Assembly (NCBI RefSeq): GCF_035084215.1
Contig: NC_090327.1
Coordinates: forward strand, 121,644,001 to 121,708,000
Source: Heptranchias perlo
Lineage: Eukaryota
Reading direction: 5' to 3'
Length of the DNA: 64,000 bases
Shown here: in pieces, positions 26,140 to 39,099 of the stretch
How the letters are laid out: the number at the start of each line of letters is the position of its first letter
Position numbering within the stretch: position 1 is the first letter of the stretch
Made by a program: the position numbers and the translations under genes
The notes under the pieces: model-generated
Told to the model about the DNA's origin: nothing
Seen by the model: only the letters and a program-made list of their open reading frames with translations
Databases searched by the model: none

Positions 26140-26715
26140 TATCTAACAATTAGAGGGCATTTGCATTGAAAACGAGAAGGCACAAGTACTGAATCTACAA
26201 TGTGTGAGAGCAGGAGGGGGGAGTGGGGGGAGCAGAGGAGGGAGCAGGGGGTGATCAAAAGGGAGGCAGGGGCAGTAGGGGGGAGGCAGGGAGAAACGGG
26301 GTGGAGGCAGGGAGGAGGGGGAGCTTGGGGAGAGGTGGTGGAGTACAGGGGTGGGAGCAGGGGCAGGAGGCAGGGGGGAGGCGGGAGTGAGCAGGGAGGG
26401 CAGCAGAGGAAGCAGTGGGGGGGAGGCGGGGAGAGGCGGTGGGAGCGGGGGAGAGTAGGAGGGGAGCAGGGGGGGGTGGAATGGGGGGGGTCATTCAGAC
26501 ATTCAAGTGTTTCAAGTAGTTGGATCCCCTGCAGATCCTTGAACAGTTGACCAGGACTAGATTGGCTCCTCCTTCACCTCCTATCATTTGCTCCCTAACC
26601 AGCTGGGCTCTATGAAAGGTTTGGGCTGAAGTCTTGAGCCAGTGGTCATTTGGAGTCAGGGTGACTGCTGGGTGTTGCCGGTCCCCCCTTTATTTGAGGG
26701 GAGTGGGGTCCTTAC

Positions 26716-26893
26716 CCAATCTGGTTGCCTGTGATCCAGCCAGTGGTGCACTCGGTGAACGCACATTCCTCCACCGCTCGCCGCAGTTCTTCAGCCGTGG
26801 CCAGGCGCGCTCCCTGCTCCATGCACAATCCCCGGGCCGCAGACACGTCCCATTGCGTGGTCCCATTCTTTGGCTGAAGCACAAACATCTTCC
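26716..26893 (-). CDS. SUSD5: SUSD5 coding exon 2 (178 nt, Link-like domain)
   Basis: Acceptor TTTCTCTTGTCCCAG|GG, donor GG|GTAAGG; GKMFVLQPKNG..AARGLCMEQGARLATAEELRRAVEECAFTECTTGW resembles human [46 protein letters not shown] as recalled. Confidence 0.96.
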
Positions 26894-26927
26894 CTGGGAC
26901 AAGAGAAATGCAATAAGACACCACTTT

Positions 26928-27165
26928 GACCCCCTCAGTCAGGTGACCTTCGCTCTGTCCCCCTCAGTCAGGTGACCTTCGCTCTGACCCCCTCAGTCAG
27001 GTGACCTTCGCTCTGTCCCCCTTAGTCAGGTGACCTTCGCTCTGACCCGCTCAGCCAGGTGACCTTCGCTCTGACCCCCTCAGTCAGGTGACCTTCGCTC
27101 TGACCCCCTCAGTCAGATGACCTCCACTCTGACCCCTTCAGTCATGTGACCTCCACTCTAACCCT
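26928..27165. repeat. 29-bp minisatellite (CCCCCTCAGTCAGGTGACCTTCGCTCTGW)n, about 8 copies
   Basis: Visible array about 35 nt from the SUSD5 exon 2 acceptor. Confidence 0.93.
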
Positions 27166-27724
27166 CTCACACCATCCCTGTGTAGCCTTATTACAAATAT
27201 TTAGCATTATCTGTTGAAATTATTTCACTCTCTCCACCCACCCCCCCTTGGTTCTGTAGGGAGAGATTCTATTTGTGAAAGTGTAAGATGGCATTTAATT
27301 TAACAGAAACATCCAATAGATAGAAATTACAACATGGCAACAGGCTGTTCAGCCCAACCAGTCCGTGTTGGTGTTTATCCTCCACACAAGCAATATCCTA
27401 ATCCCATGTGCCCGCCCTGTTCCCACATCCCTTTATCCCCCTTTCCTTCAACCATCTTTCTATCCTATTCTTAAATGTTGACATAGTCTCTGCACCAATC
27501 TCTAATTCCGATAGTGAATCTACAGTCTCACACCCTCTGTGTAAAAAAGCCTCTCTTGCTCTCACTCCCCAAATCTTAATTTAATCTTGTATCTATGTCC
27601 CCTCATTCTAGAATCCTCATCAATTGGACTAATCTAAACATATTGAATAAATAAAGAATCATATTTGCCTTTTGTGATTTTTATTTTGGAATAATAGATA
27701 TTTTCCATACTTTACATAACATTA

Positions 27725-28140
27725 TGAGTCAGAAGGTTATGGGCTCAAGCCCCACTCCAGAGACTTCAGCACAAAATCTAAGCTGACATCCCAGTGCAGT
27801 ACTGAGGGAGTGCTGTGCTGTTGGAGGTGCTGTCTTTCAGTTGTGACGTTAAACTAAGGCCCCGTCTGCCCTCTCAGGTAAAATATCCCAAGACACTATT
27901 CAAAGAAGAGCAGGGGGAGTTCTCCCTGGTGTCCTGGCCAATATATATCCCTCAACCAACATCATTAAAAACAGATTATCTGGTCATTATCACATTGCTG
28001 TTTGGGGGAGCTTGCTGTGCGCAAATTGGCTGCCATCTTTCTCTACATTACTACTTCAAAAGTACTTCATTGGCCGAAAAGCGCTTTGGGGCATCCTGAG
28101 GTCATGAAGGCATTGTATAAATGCAAATGTTTCTTTCTAT
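27725..28140 (+). mobile_element. SacSINE1/DeuSINE-like tRNA-derived SINE
   Basis: B-box-like GGCTCAAGCCC, Deu-domain sequence GATTATCTGGTCATTATCACATTGCTG..GCAAATTGGCTGCC, and an L2-like tail. Confidence 0.85.
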
Positions 28141-28574
28141 TTCATATTTGCAGTTTTCTGCTTGATTTTTACAAGCTATCTATATATTAAAGTTTGATTT
28201 TTATAAATTGAATTTCAAAATAAAATAAAAGCTCAGAACAGGTGGCAAATACACAGTAAATGTAAACCTTTCAGATGATAGAACATGCTAGGGTGTAAAG
28301 CAAACCCATTAACGCTCAGCCAGAGAGCAACATCAGGACATGAAGCTTTATGTTCTTCAGTAACCCATTTTGGTCTCAGAAACTTTTTTCAATTTAATGA
28401 ATACTTGGGACTCCGTACAACATGATTCAGTTCTAATCAGGAAGATTCAGAAATCAATGCCTAGCTTGTACTTAGGTCAAAATCTCCTAGCAAATAAAAA
28501 ATCAAAAGTTTACATTAAATTATAGCCATTTTATTACAATACAAATTTCTTCAGAAAGGTGGACCTACTCTGTG

Positions 28575-29612
28575 ATAGCAGGGTTAAAAGGGTTAAATTA
28601 TGAGGACAGGTTGCATAGACTAGGCTTGTATTCCCCTGAATGTAGATTAGGGGTTTTCTAATTGAGTTGTTTAAGATGATTAAAGGATTTGATAGGGTCG
28701 ATAGAGGGAAATTATTTCCTCTGGTGGGGGAGTCCAAAACAAGGGGGCAGAACCTTAAAATTTGAGTTAGGCCGTTCAGGGGTGATGTCAGGAAGCACTT
28801 CTTCACACAAAAAGTTCTTGAGGCTGGAGTTCAATTAAAGATTTCAAAACTGAGATTGATAGATTTTTGTTAGGTAAGGCTATTAAGGGTTACGGAACCA
28901 AAGTGGGTAGATGGAGTTAAGATACAGATCAGCCATGATCTGACTGAATGGCGGAACAGGCTCGAGGAGTTGAATGGCCTCGTCCTGTCCCTATGTTCCT
29001 AAAAAGCTGTTGAGGCTGGAGGTCAATTGAAAATTTCAAAACTGAGGTTAATAGATTTTTGTTAAAGTAAGGGCATTAAGGGTTATGGAACCAAGGCAGG
29101 TAGATGGAGTTGAGATATGGACCAGTTATGATCTAATTGAATGGCAGAACAGGCTCGAGGGGCCGATTGGCCCACTCCTGTTCCTATGATCTAAACTACA
29201 TTGATGGATCAGGACCTTATTAAATAGCCATAGGCCTTGTAGAGGGTGCAGAGGAAATTTACTAGAATGGTACCAGGGATGAGGGACTTCAGTTATGTGG
29301 AGAAAATGGAGAATCGGGTTGTTCTCCTTAGAGCAGAGAAGATTAAGAGGAGATTTAATGGACACATTCAAAATTATGAAGGGTTTTGATAGAGTAGACA
29401 GGGAGAAACTATTTCCACTGGCAGGAGGGTCGGTAACCAGAGGACACAGATTTAAGGTAATTGGCAAAAGAACCAGGGGGGAAATTAGGTGTTTTTTTTT
29501 ACACTGTGCCTTGTTGTGATCTGGAATTCACTGCCTGAAAGGGTGGTGGAAGCAGATTCAATAGTAATTTTCAAAAGGGAATTGGATAAATACTTGAAAA
29601 TGCAACATTTGC
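28575..29612 (+). mobile_element. Cluster of CR1 3' fragments, one with a duplicated 3' tail
   Basis: LFSLEQRRLRGDL..DREKLFPL..TRGH motifs; tail repeated at about 28817-29000 and 29010-29190. Confidence 0.85.
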
Positions 29613-29759
29613 AGGTTCTATATTTCTATCTATCTCTAAAGTAACAGCCAATCTTATTAGACACGATCCTGCAGACAAGCTTCTTAACTTATCATAAAAT
29701 TACTTTTGTAAACAATTTAGTTTGACACAAATCACACCGAGAAATTACAGTTTCCAATG

Positions 29760-31430
29760 AATGAGACGGCGCTTGCTGTTTGCAAACTCTCATTATCAGA
29801 GGTTCTCTGAGCGGACTGACCGTGTCCTCGGACCTTGACACCGTTGATGAAGAGGAGACAAGCGATCCGGAGCAGGAGGGATTGTGAGTGAGAGCGTGAA
29901 GTCATCGCCGGGAGACTGGCACGGTGGAGACCGAGAGAGAACGGTTCGAACCGGGCTGGACAGGGTAGACCGGAGCCCCACACACAACACAACACACAAC
30001 ACACACAGAAGGTGAGAGGAGGCGTCGCTCAAAGAAAGGACCCCAGCCGTTAACACTCCACCGAATCCGCACACACGACAGGCGAGAACAAGCAGGACCG
30101 GGTCCCAGGGGGGAAAAACAGCGAGTGCGAGCGGATGAAAAGTTCGGCAGCAGTTTTATCCACACGATATTGTGCAGGAAGTGCAAATATTGGAGCGATG
30201 TGAAAACTCACACCCGTCCGTCAATAAACAGGCGAGCGATGGTGTGAAGCTCCGGAGGAAGTGAAGGGAACCCAGCAGATAAAGTCCCAAACCCTGTAGT
30301 CCCGTTAGATGACCGACCCCATCTCAGGAATCCCACCCAGTGCTGGGAATCCGAACCTTGATTCCGAGCCTCGTTTGATTTCCGTTTTGTTCACATGTTC
30401 TTTTTTTTCTCGCGGTCTCTCGGTTTACGGAATTTCCAAATACCAGGAATCTTTGAAGAAGCTCAGCCTCGGGATTTAGGGAGGTGCAAAGTATCTGTCA
30501 GCCCCCAGGGGCTCGGGAGAGCCCCTCCCAACATTTATATCGCACCTTTAACTAGCAAAACGTCCCGAGGCGCCGGGTCCAATATCGTGTCCCTGGGTCT
30601 CTATAAACCGAACACCAGCCCCACACTACAGGGAATGGGCACTTTCTGATGGCCGGGGTTTATTTAGTCTCACTTGATTCTGATAAATAAATACACGAAA
30701 AAAACATAACGATAAACACGGTTTCACGTGTGTTTATTATGTATTGAAATCCATTATGAAAATACATGGATTTCTGAAATTTTTCCATCGCTATTTGTAT
30801 TTCTTAATCTCGCTGCAATAAACAGAAATTGTCCGGAAAATGAGCATAAATCACAAACAGATCTTTGTGAAAAGGTTATTTTTTTTAAAAACCGTCTCAT
30901 TCCGTTTTGAAACGAACTGGAATCTGTATTTGTCGCTTTCTGATATCAGCAGGGAACGAAACAAATAATCAGCCAAACAGAAAGGACCGTGTGTTTTATC
31001 TGGTAAATAGGCAACGAAATAACAGGAATCTCCCGTCACAGGGCAGAACTCAGGGGGTTCGGAGGGATTCGGGTTTTTAGGCATCTCCTCACAGACCGTG
31101 GACTAACAAATAAATAATCCGGATTTCAGCGCGTTATTAGAAATTACTCGGTCCCACTTTCGGCATCTCATCGCTTATAAACTGAAATCAAAGTTCAGTT
31201 TTTCTGCAGTTAGACTCGTCGATAATTTCCCTAATAATAACTCTCAAACGAAATACGCGACCATATTCTTTGAGATCTCTACTTGGACCATAAGTAACGG
31301 TTTCTCCGTGTGATGATCGATCACTGATCACAAGATCGGTCACCGTGCGAAATTACCAAGGAGCTGGCTAAAGGCGCCTCTCCCTTTTGTAAAACGTGAC
31401 CTTTTATGGAAGAAGATTCAGCGATCAGGA
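29760..31430 (-). promoter_or_regulatory. CpG-rich region: SUSD5 5' UTR and promoter
   Basis: CpG density visibly higher than flanks; largely free of transposons; spans exon 1. Confidence 0.7.
29821..29905 (-). CDS. SUSD5: SUSD5 coding exon 1 (signal peptide)
   Basis: ATG at 29905 in GGCGATGA context; MTSRSHSQSLLLRIACLLFINGVKVRGH(G); donor CACG|GTCAGT is phase 1 and joins exon 2 as VRGHGKMF (human VRADGKFF); lies in a CpG-rich region. Confidence 0.88.
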
Positions 31431-31549
31431 GATGTGAGGACACTGGGAGGAGTGAGACTCTTGTTACTTTCTGCAACTAACTCACACGGGTCTCTTCAGA
31501 GAACAGCGAATATTCAGAATTTATATTTGATTCCAGACGTCTGCAGTTT

Positions 31550-32235
31550 GGAACATAGGAACAGGAGGAGGCCATTCAGCCCCTCGAGCCTGTTCTGCCA
31601 TTCAATGAGATCATGGCTGATCTGTGACCTAACTCCATTTACCCGCCTTGACTCCATATCCCTAAATACCCCTGGCTAGCAAAAGTCTATCCATCTCAGA
31701 TTTAAAATGATTAATTGAGCTAACACCTACTGCTTTTTGTGGCAGAGAGTTCCACACTTCCACCACCCTTTGTGTGAAGTGTTTCCTAACTTCTCTCCTG
31801 AATGGCCTGGCTCTGATTTTAAGGTTATGTCCCCTTGTCCCAGACTCCCCCACCAGCAGAAATAGTTTCTCTCGATCTACCCTATCAATTCCTTTCAAAC
31901 TCCTGAATACCTCAATCAAACCACCCTGTAACCTTCTATATTCCAGGGAATACAAGCCTAGTTTATGTAATCTCTCCTCATAATCTAACCCTTGGAGCCC
32001 TGGTGACATTCTGGTGAATCTGCGCTGCACTCCTTCCAAGGCCTTTCTAAGGTGCGGTGTCCAGAACTGTATACAGTACTCCAGATATGGTCTAACCAGG
32101 GCTTTGTATCTGTAGCAAAACTTCCTCCTCTTTGTATTCTAGCCCTCTAGATATAAAGGCTAAAATTCCATTAGCCTTTTTTTATTACTTTTTGTACCTG
32201 ACCACTACATTTTAGTGATCTGTCTACATGGGCCC
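31550..32235 (-). mobile_element. CR1 3' fragment
   Basis: ORF 31662-32039 EGVQRRFTRM..HFTQRVVEVWNSLP. Confidence 0.9.
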
Positions 32236-32454
32236 CTTCTGCGCTCTTCTGCTGGTCAGTCACAGACTCACAAACTTTCTGTCTGGGGCAGAGTCTGGTC
32301 AGAATTATTACTGGTGCAGCCAGCTACAGATTGACTGTCAATAAATGTTTATTTACTGCTTATATCTTCACTATTCTGTAGCACCTTAGAACTGGTGCAG
32401 TACCCTGTCAGCAAGCACACGTTCACTCCAGCATGGTACGGGAGGGGGTGGTCT

Positions 32455-32793
32455 ACTGTCGGAGGTGCCAACTTTTGGATGAGACTTTAAACTGAGGCTC
32501 CATCTGCTCTCTGAGGTGGACGTAAAAGATCCCATGACACTATTCGAAGAAGAGCATGGGGAGTTCTCCCCAGTGTCCTGGCCAATATTTATCCCTCAAC
32601 CTACATCACTAAAACCAGATTATCTGGTCATTTATCTCATTGCTGATTGTGGGACCTTGCTGTGCACTAATTGACTGCCTGTTTTCCTACATTACAACAG
32701 TGACTACACTTCAAAAGTACTTCATTGGCTGTAAAGCACTTTGGGATTTCTTAAGGACGTGAAAGGCGCTGTATAAATACAAGTCTTTCTTTC
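32455..32793 (+). mobile_element. SacSINE1/DeuSINE-like SINE, 5'-truncated
   Basis: Colinear with 27820-28140. Confidence 0.85.
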
Positions 32794-33199
32794 TGAATGA
32801 CCTTGTCCCAAGCTGTTCTACACAGTTCTTCCTGTCAAGCTCCCAGACACTTGCTACCAGCTGCCAACCTTTCTACAGTTGGTCTTTGAGCCAGTCCATA
32901 ATACCAGTGGTTATTAATTCTACACAATAGGTCAGATCATTTGGCTAAGTGTGACTCTTCCCCAGGTAATAGTGCAAGTGTTGAAATATCAAATTGATAA
33001 TATCAAATAGTGACCGACAGAAAAAATATACTGGAAGTACACTAGAGGAAAGAAAGGAGGTAATCTGGTAGGAGATGGGTGAATGGATCTGATGACAGGA
33101 GCTCTGAATAGCTTCACGGAATACCTCAGGAAACTAGACCCACATTATCAGATTATTGATGCAGTAATAGTGGAGATATGAACTCAGTGGGCAGACACA

Positions 33200-34030
33200 A
33201 AGGGGTGTGGAAGAGCAGAGAAACCGAGGAGTTCAAATACAAAATTCCCTGAAACTGCAACTGCAGGCAAATAAAACCATATAAAGGACAACAGCATTTT
33301 GGGGTTTTATAAATAGGGGCATCGAGTACAAGAGTAAAGAAATAATGATAAATTTGTACAAATCATTGTTTAGGCCACAGTTAGAGTACTGTTTTGGGTG
33401 ACTTATAAAAAGGTGCTTAAAGCCATAGTATACATTGTAGATTCACCATGATGATGCCTGGGGTGGGAAACTATAGTTATGATGAGAGACTTGAGATACT
33501 GGGATTATTTCCACTGGACCAGAGAAGGCTAAGAGGAGCTTTTAATAAAGATTTTTAGAATGGGGGTGGGGACTGCTGTTTCTACTGGTTGGGGCGTTCA
33601 GTGATGAGGAGTCGTGGATTTAAAATTGTCACTAAGAGAGTGAGAAAAGAGGTTAGGAAAAATACATTTACACAGAGGGTTGTTGAAGTATGGAATGCGT
33701 TACCACAGGAAGTGGTTGAGGCAAAGACCATTGCATCTTTTAGTGGAAAATTGGATAAATATTTGAAGCAGAGGAAGATATAAGTATATAGGGAGTGAGC
33801 AAGTTAATGGGATTAATTTGGGATTGATACAGGGCTATGAGAATAGAGCAGGGCAGTGAGGTTAGTGTTGGATTGATACAGGGCTATGGGGGAGCGAGCA
33901 AGGCAGTGGGGTTCGTGTTGGATTGATGCAGAGCTATAGAGAAGAATGGGGAGGTGGGGAAAGGACTGGGATTAGTATTGGATTTCTCTAGCACTGATAC
34001 CAGGGACTGAACGGCTTCGTTCTGTGCAGC
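33200..34030 (+). mobile_element. Old CR1 3' fragment with tandemly repeated tail segment
   Basis: FTQRVVEVWNALPQEVVEA; GGATTGATACAGGGCTATG repeated at about 33820-33940. Confidence 0.75.
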
Positions 34031-36026
34031 AAATTTCTATTCTATCAGTTCAGACCAGTCTGAAACTGGTTTCTGCAGTTGGTGTTTCAGCCATTGATAA
34101 TCTGGGATCCTCTTCCAGTGGTTAATATTGACCTGTTTGGAGAGTAGGGCCGGGAGCATCTGGACTCTGTAAGCATTTAAATCCGGAACATGCCCAAGAA
34201 CACCCTAAATCCGGGTTTACAGGGCGCTGTAGTTAAACTCCCTGCTGGGTCAAATCCAAGCGGCGTGAGACTTTCAGGTAGAAGTGATGTGAGGCCCTTG
34301 GAGTCGAGTCCGTCCGTCCTCGGGAGTTTTACTCTAACTTTAGCGTCGTTGCTAAGTTGCACTACAAATGCGCTCTATCTGAAGTGAGCAAGGTCCCAGG
34401 AACCTGGGCAGTGAGACTCAGCAAAGCTCATAAACGATCTCACTTGTACCCCAACCAGCGTCCCTCATCACCTTGTACAACACCAGTACCCTCGGGTCAC
34501 GGGACAGACTCATTTCAACACATTGTAAAGTAAAAGGATGGAGGTGTTGGGGTGACCAGAGTAGACTGCCCCCAACCCTTGGGGAATATTCATTCCGTGT
34601 CTCTCTCATGCTGTCGAGAAGAAAGTGAAAGGCCGAACGGGATGGACCCGAGGTTTAACACCAGACTGGAGGAGCTGGTTTACTGAAACATCGGGGCATC
34701 AGGAAGCGTTCCGATTTATCAAAAAATCTAATGAGAAGGATTAAGATAAGCGCCATTAATAACTTCACCCCTTGGTCCTGTAGGTAGGTTATGAATTCGT
34801 GGAGAGTATCCGTAATATTTGATTGATATTTTCAATAAATGTAATCCGTTCATCACTTCATGGATATTCTGGGGTTTCTGCTCAATGCGACGCTGTGTTC
34901 ATATCTCACTGTAGTATAACTTAATACACCCTTACAGGGCGGGGCAGCGCTGCCCAGACACAAACAGTCCAATGTGCCACTCTCTGTTTATCTTTGTCGA
35001 ATTCTTAACACTTTGAGCCCAATGGTAATTTGACAGCTTGTGGATTGAGTGTTAGAGGAATTGAGAATTTCCCTTGGACTTGGATTCAAATTAATTTACC
35101 ATATTTAAATAAATGTTTTTAAGGGAGGCCATTCAGCCCCTTCTGCCTGTTCTGCCATTGAATTGGATCATGGCTGATCGGTACCTCAACTCCATTTACC
35201 CACCTTTGTTTCATATCCCTTACCCAACAAACATCTATCATCTCAGTCTTGAAAATTTCAATTAACAAAGACACACACACACACAGAAGCATAGAATGAT
35301 ACAGCACAGAAGAAGGTCATTGGGCCCATGGTGCCTTTGAAAGAACTATCCAATTAGTCCCACTCTCCTGCTCTTTCCCCATAGCCCTGCAAATTTTTCC
35401 ACTTCGAGTATTTATCCAATTTCCTTTCGAAAATTATTATTGAATCTGCTTCCAGCACGCTTTTAGTGCATTCCATTATACAAACACACACATATACACA
35501 CATCCACACATACACGACCCTCTCCTTCAATCTCCCACTATGCACAGTTGGCAAACTGGTAGCTATACTGCAGCCAGTGAGAAGCTGAAGCAGTGCGAGG
35601 GTTCCCCCCCCCCCCCCGGATACTCTCTCACCACTTGGCCTGGCTCAGTGTGCTGTCACTGCGGTGATTTAATTCTTGAGTTATATTTTCCTGGATGAAC
35701 TGTGAAAAATCTGCCACACAGATGTGTAACTGAGCAACTGTTCTATGAAAAGGGTACGGGTGGGTGACCTTATGGACAGAATATTTGAGCTGAGCTAAAC
35801 ATTCACGGTGGATATTTAATATGACATTATTGATCTGATTGAAAGACTTGTCTCGGCATCTATCTGCTGCATTACTTCTACATGAAGTCATGCTTTGTTC
35901 TGGTAACGTTTGATTCAGGAGTTCCTCCGTGTGTTGATCTGAAAAGGCTCATTGCAGTGACACCATCCAGCAGTGAAGAAGCCTGGAGTTACTCCAATCT
36001 TCATTTCCCTGAACACAGGCTCAGAT

Positions 36027-36278
36027 CCGACACCCACCCAGTATAGTTCCTGCTCTAGCGGTCCGACACCCACCCAGTATAGTTCCTGCTCTAGCGGTCC
36101 GACACCCACCCAGTATAGTTCCTGCTCTAGCGGTCCGACACCCACCCAGTATAGTTCCTGCTCTAGCGGTCCGACACCCACCCAGTATAGTTCCTGCTCT
36201 AGCGGTCTGATAGCCACCCAGTATAGTTCCTGCTCTAGCGGTCCGATAGCCACCCAGTATAGTTCCTGTCTCTAGTGG
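36027..36278. repeat. 36-bp minisatellite (CCGACACCCACCCAGTATAGTTCCTGCTCTAGCGGT)n, 7 copies
   Basis: Visible array. Confidence 0.95.
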
Positions 36279-37389
36279 AAGGTGTAGCAGTATTCACGTT
36301 TGGGTTAATGTTTAGCACCAGCCAAGCCAATCGACAGGTGTCTCCGGGACTCCAGGTGGCGTTTTCATGCTTTATGATTTGAATAATCTCAGCAGCAGAA
36401 AATCAATACTCCGATGGTCAGTATAATACTCCTCAAACAACCAGCTGCCTCGCACTAGTTAACGTGAAAGCGCCATGAAGACAAGTGTGTGAACGGTGCA
36501 CGGAGGAAACCAGGGGATTCAAGCAGTGGCCACAAGGATTGACGATCTTCTCATTGGTGATCTGTTTAAAAAACAGGATGGACTTTTCAACTCACTATGG
36601 TGTTGGGCTGTTTGGGAGTGGTCTGAGAGCTCTGAGTTAGCAACACAAAGGGCCTGGAGGGACATCAGAAAAGAACTACACAAGTTGAAACAAGTTACGA
36701 CCATACAAAGAGCGTGAGAAAAGCCCATCAGGGTCCACTCAAACCATTAAGCCACCATACACATCACCTTGCCTCGCATACCACCAGTAATGCGTTACTC
36801 CCAGTGCAGCCAAATAGAAATCTTCAGGGAATTTCCTCCTGATCAAGCTCCGGGAAACCCATGTTCATTCCTGTCAAATCACAAGACCCAGTTAATTAAA
36901 CCAACCCCAATATCATTAGGAACATAGGACTGGACAAAACCAGAAAAGGCCATCTCTATTCATCGGGCTGGTCCCAAAGGTCACGGAGTTAATACCCGAT
37001 ATTATCTCTCATAGCCTTCAATAGCACTGTCTTCCAAAAAATATTGATCACTTTCTTGAAATGTAGAACTTCCTCTACTCCCATGGATGAGTTAATCTGC
37101 ATATTCACCATCCTCTGTGTGAATACGTTTTATCTTAACTCTATTCACCTTTTCTTGCCCAAACTGAATCTATGTCCATTTGTCCTCGAGCTTGTATTAA
37201 TGTTGAATATCTTTGTGGAATCCAGTTTATCATATCCCTAGTGCCTGTACTTTTTCCTCAAAGCAGGGATGTTGAATCACATCAACTTAGTTGCCCTTCT
37301 TTCCACTCCTCTCAAGGCCTGGACGCTCCCCCCACCCTGCCTATGCTTCAGTGCCCAGACTATAAGTAATGCTTAAGGTGGTGGAGGAC

Positions 37390-38310
37390 CACTTTGTCCT
37401 TTCCAACTACCTTCCCATCTCAAACCACCCTTTCCATGCCCACCTCTCCCCAAACTCCCTGTTCAAATCCCTTCAAGTCCAGTTTCTGCCCTTCTCTCGT
37501 GCAGAGAACACCCTGGCCAAAGTTACAGATGACATCCTCTGTGATTGCTACCATGATGAGTTATCCATTCTTATCCTCCTCGACCTCTCTGTAGAGTTCA
37601 ACATAGCTGACCATGCCATTCTGCTCCAGCATCTCTCCTCTGTTGTCCAGCTCCATGGGAATGTTCATAGCTGGTTCCACTCCTGCTTGTCCTATCACAG
37701 CTAGTGCATCTTCATCAATATCTATTTCAGACCTCATTTCTTATCCATCGCCAAAAATGCCTACTTCCTGCAACATCGTTCGCTTCCACCTACCTCACCC
37801 CAACTCCGCCAAAATCCTTATCCATGCTTTTGTCACCTTTAGACTCAATTGCTCCAGATCCCGCCTTACCGGTCTCCCCTCCTCTACAGTCCATAGATAT
37901 CAACTTGTCCAAACCTCAGTTGCCCATATTCTGACCTACACTAGGTATGGGTTGTCCATCACTCCAGTCTTCACTGTCACCCAACGCATTGAATTTAAAA
38001 CCCTCATCCTTATCTTCAAATCTCCCCACCCTGTCTCTGCAATATCCTCCCTCACACCCTTTGATCCTCTAACTGGTCTACTGTGCACCCCTCCCCTTCA
38101 CCTCACCATTATGGTAGCACAGCATTCAGCTACCATAATGCATCTATTGAGAACTCCCTCCCTAAACCCTTCTACCTCTCGCTACCTTAAAACCCATATT
38201 CCTCAAACTCTCCCACCATTGCCCAATGTTCATTCCTTTTTATTTTTCCTTCTGTGAAGTCCCTTGGGACATTTTTCTAAATTAAAGGCATTATATAAGT
38301 TGAAGTTCTT
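37390..38310 (+). mobile_element. Decayed L2-type LINE RT fragment
   Basis: ENTLAKVTDDIL..ILILLDLSVEFNIADHAILL..SWFHSCL; KILIHAFVTFRLNC. Confidence 0.8.
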
Positions 38311-39099
38311 ATTGTTGTATGAATATGCTTTGTATGAAGCCCTATCACAAATAGAATTGCACATATGGTCCAAATTCGTCTGCACTACAAGGATGTGTTT
38401 GAATCTGAAAGCTTAAGGCATTTCAATCTCTTTTTTTATTCATTCATGGGATGTGGGCGTCACTGGCAAGGCCAGCATTTATTGCCCATCCCTAATTGCC
38501 CTTGACAAGGTGGTGGTGAGCCGCCTTCACCGTGTGGTGAAGGTTCTCCCACAGTGCTGTTAGGTAGGGAGTTTCAGGACTTTGACCCAGCGACAATGAA
38601 GGAACGGCGATATATATCCAAGTCGGGATGGTGTGTGACTTGGAGGGGAACACGCAGGTGATGTTCCCATGTGCCTGCTGCCCTTGTCCTTCTAGGCGGT
38701 AGAGGTCGTGGGTTTGAGAGGTGCTGTCAAAGAAGACTTGGAGAATTGCTGCAGTGCATCCTGTAGATGGTACACACTGGATGAATCTATGGATGAACAG
38801 TGATAGTGTTGGACTGGCACAGATATAATTGAGGAAAGGCGTCATAGAAAGAAGGCTTTAGTGAAAGATATTCCACAACACTTGCTAAGCATGCCATGAC
38901 AGTACAGAAAAGGCAATGCAGCAACTCATCCTGTTATATTGTCCACTGACATCTCTGGGAAATAATTGGAGGGTCATGACTGCCACTGGGGAAAGGACCT
39001 TCCACACAGAAGTCCAGGCCAGAGAGGATATTGTCTTTAATTGAATGGAGCCTCTTGAGGATTTGGGGTGGGCAGTGCAGGTTAGTTGCTTTGTAACAG

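Noticed and set aside
26712-26924. Calling the Link-like exon CD44, LYVE1, TNFAIP6 or stabilin
   Set aside because: GKxFVL..NG, ELRRxVxxCxFxxCTTGW and the in-phase neighbouring exons fit SUSD5 specifically
36027-36278. Possible tandem CTCF sites (CCGCTAGAG on the minus strand)
   Set aside because: Lacks the GGC 3' part of the core (reads CCGCTAGAGCAGG)
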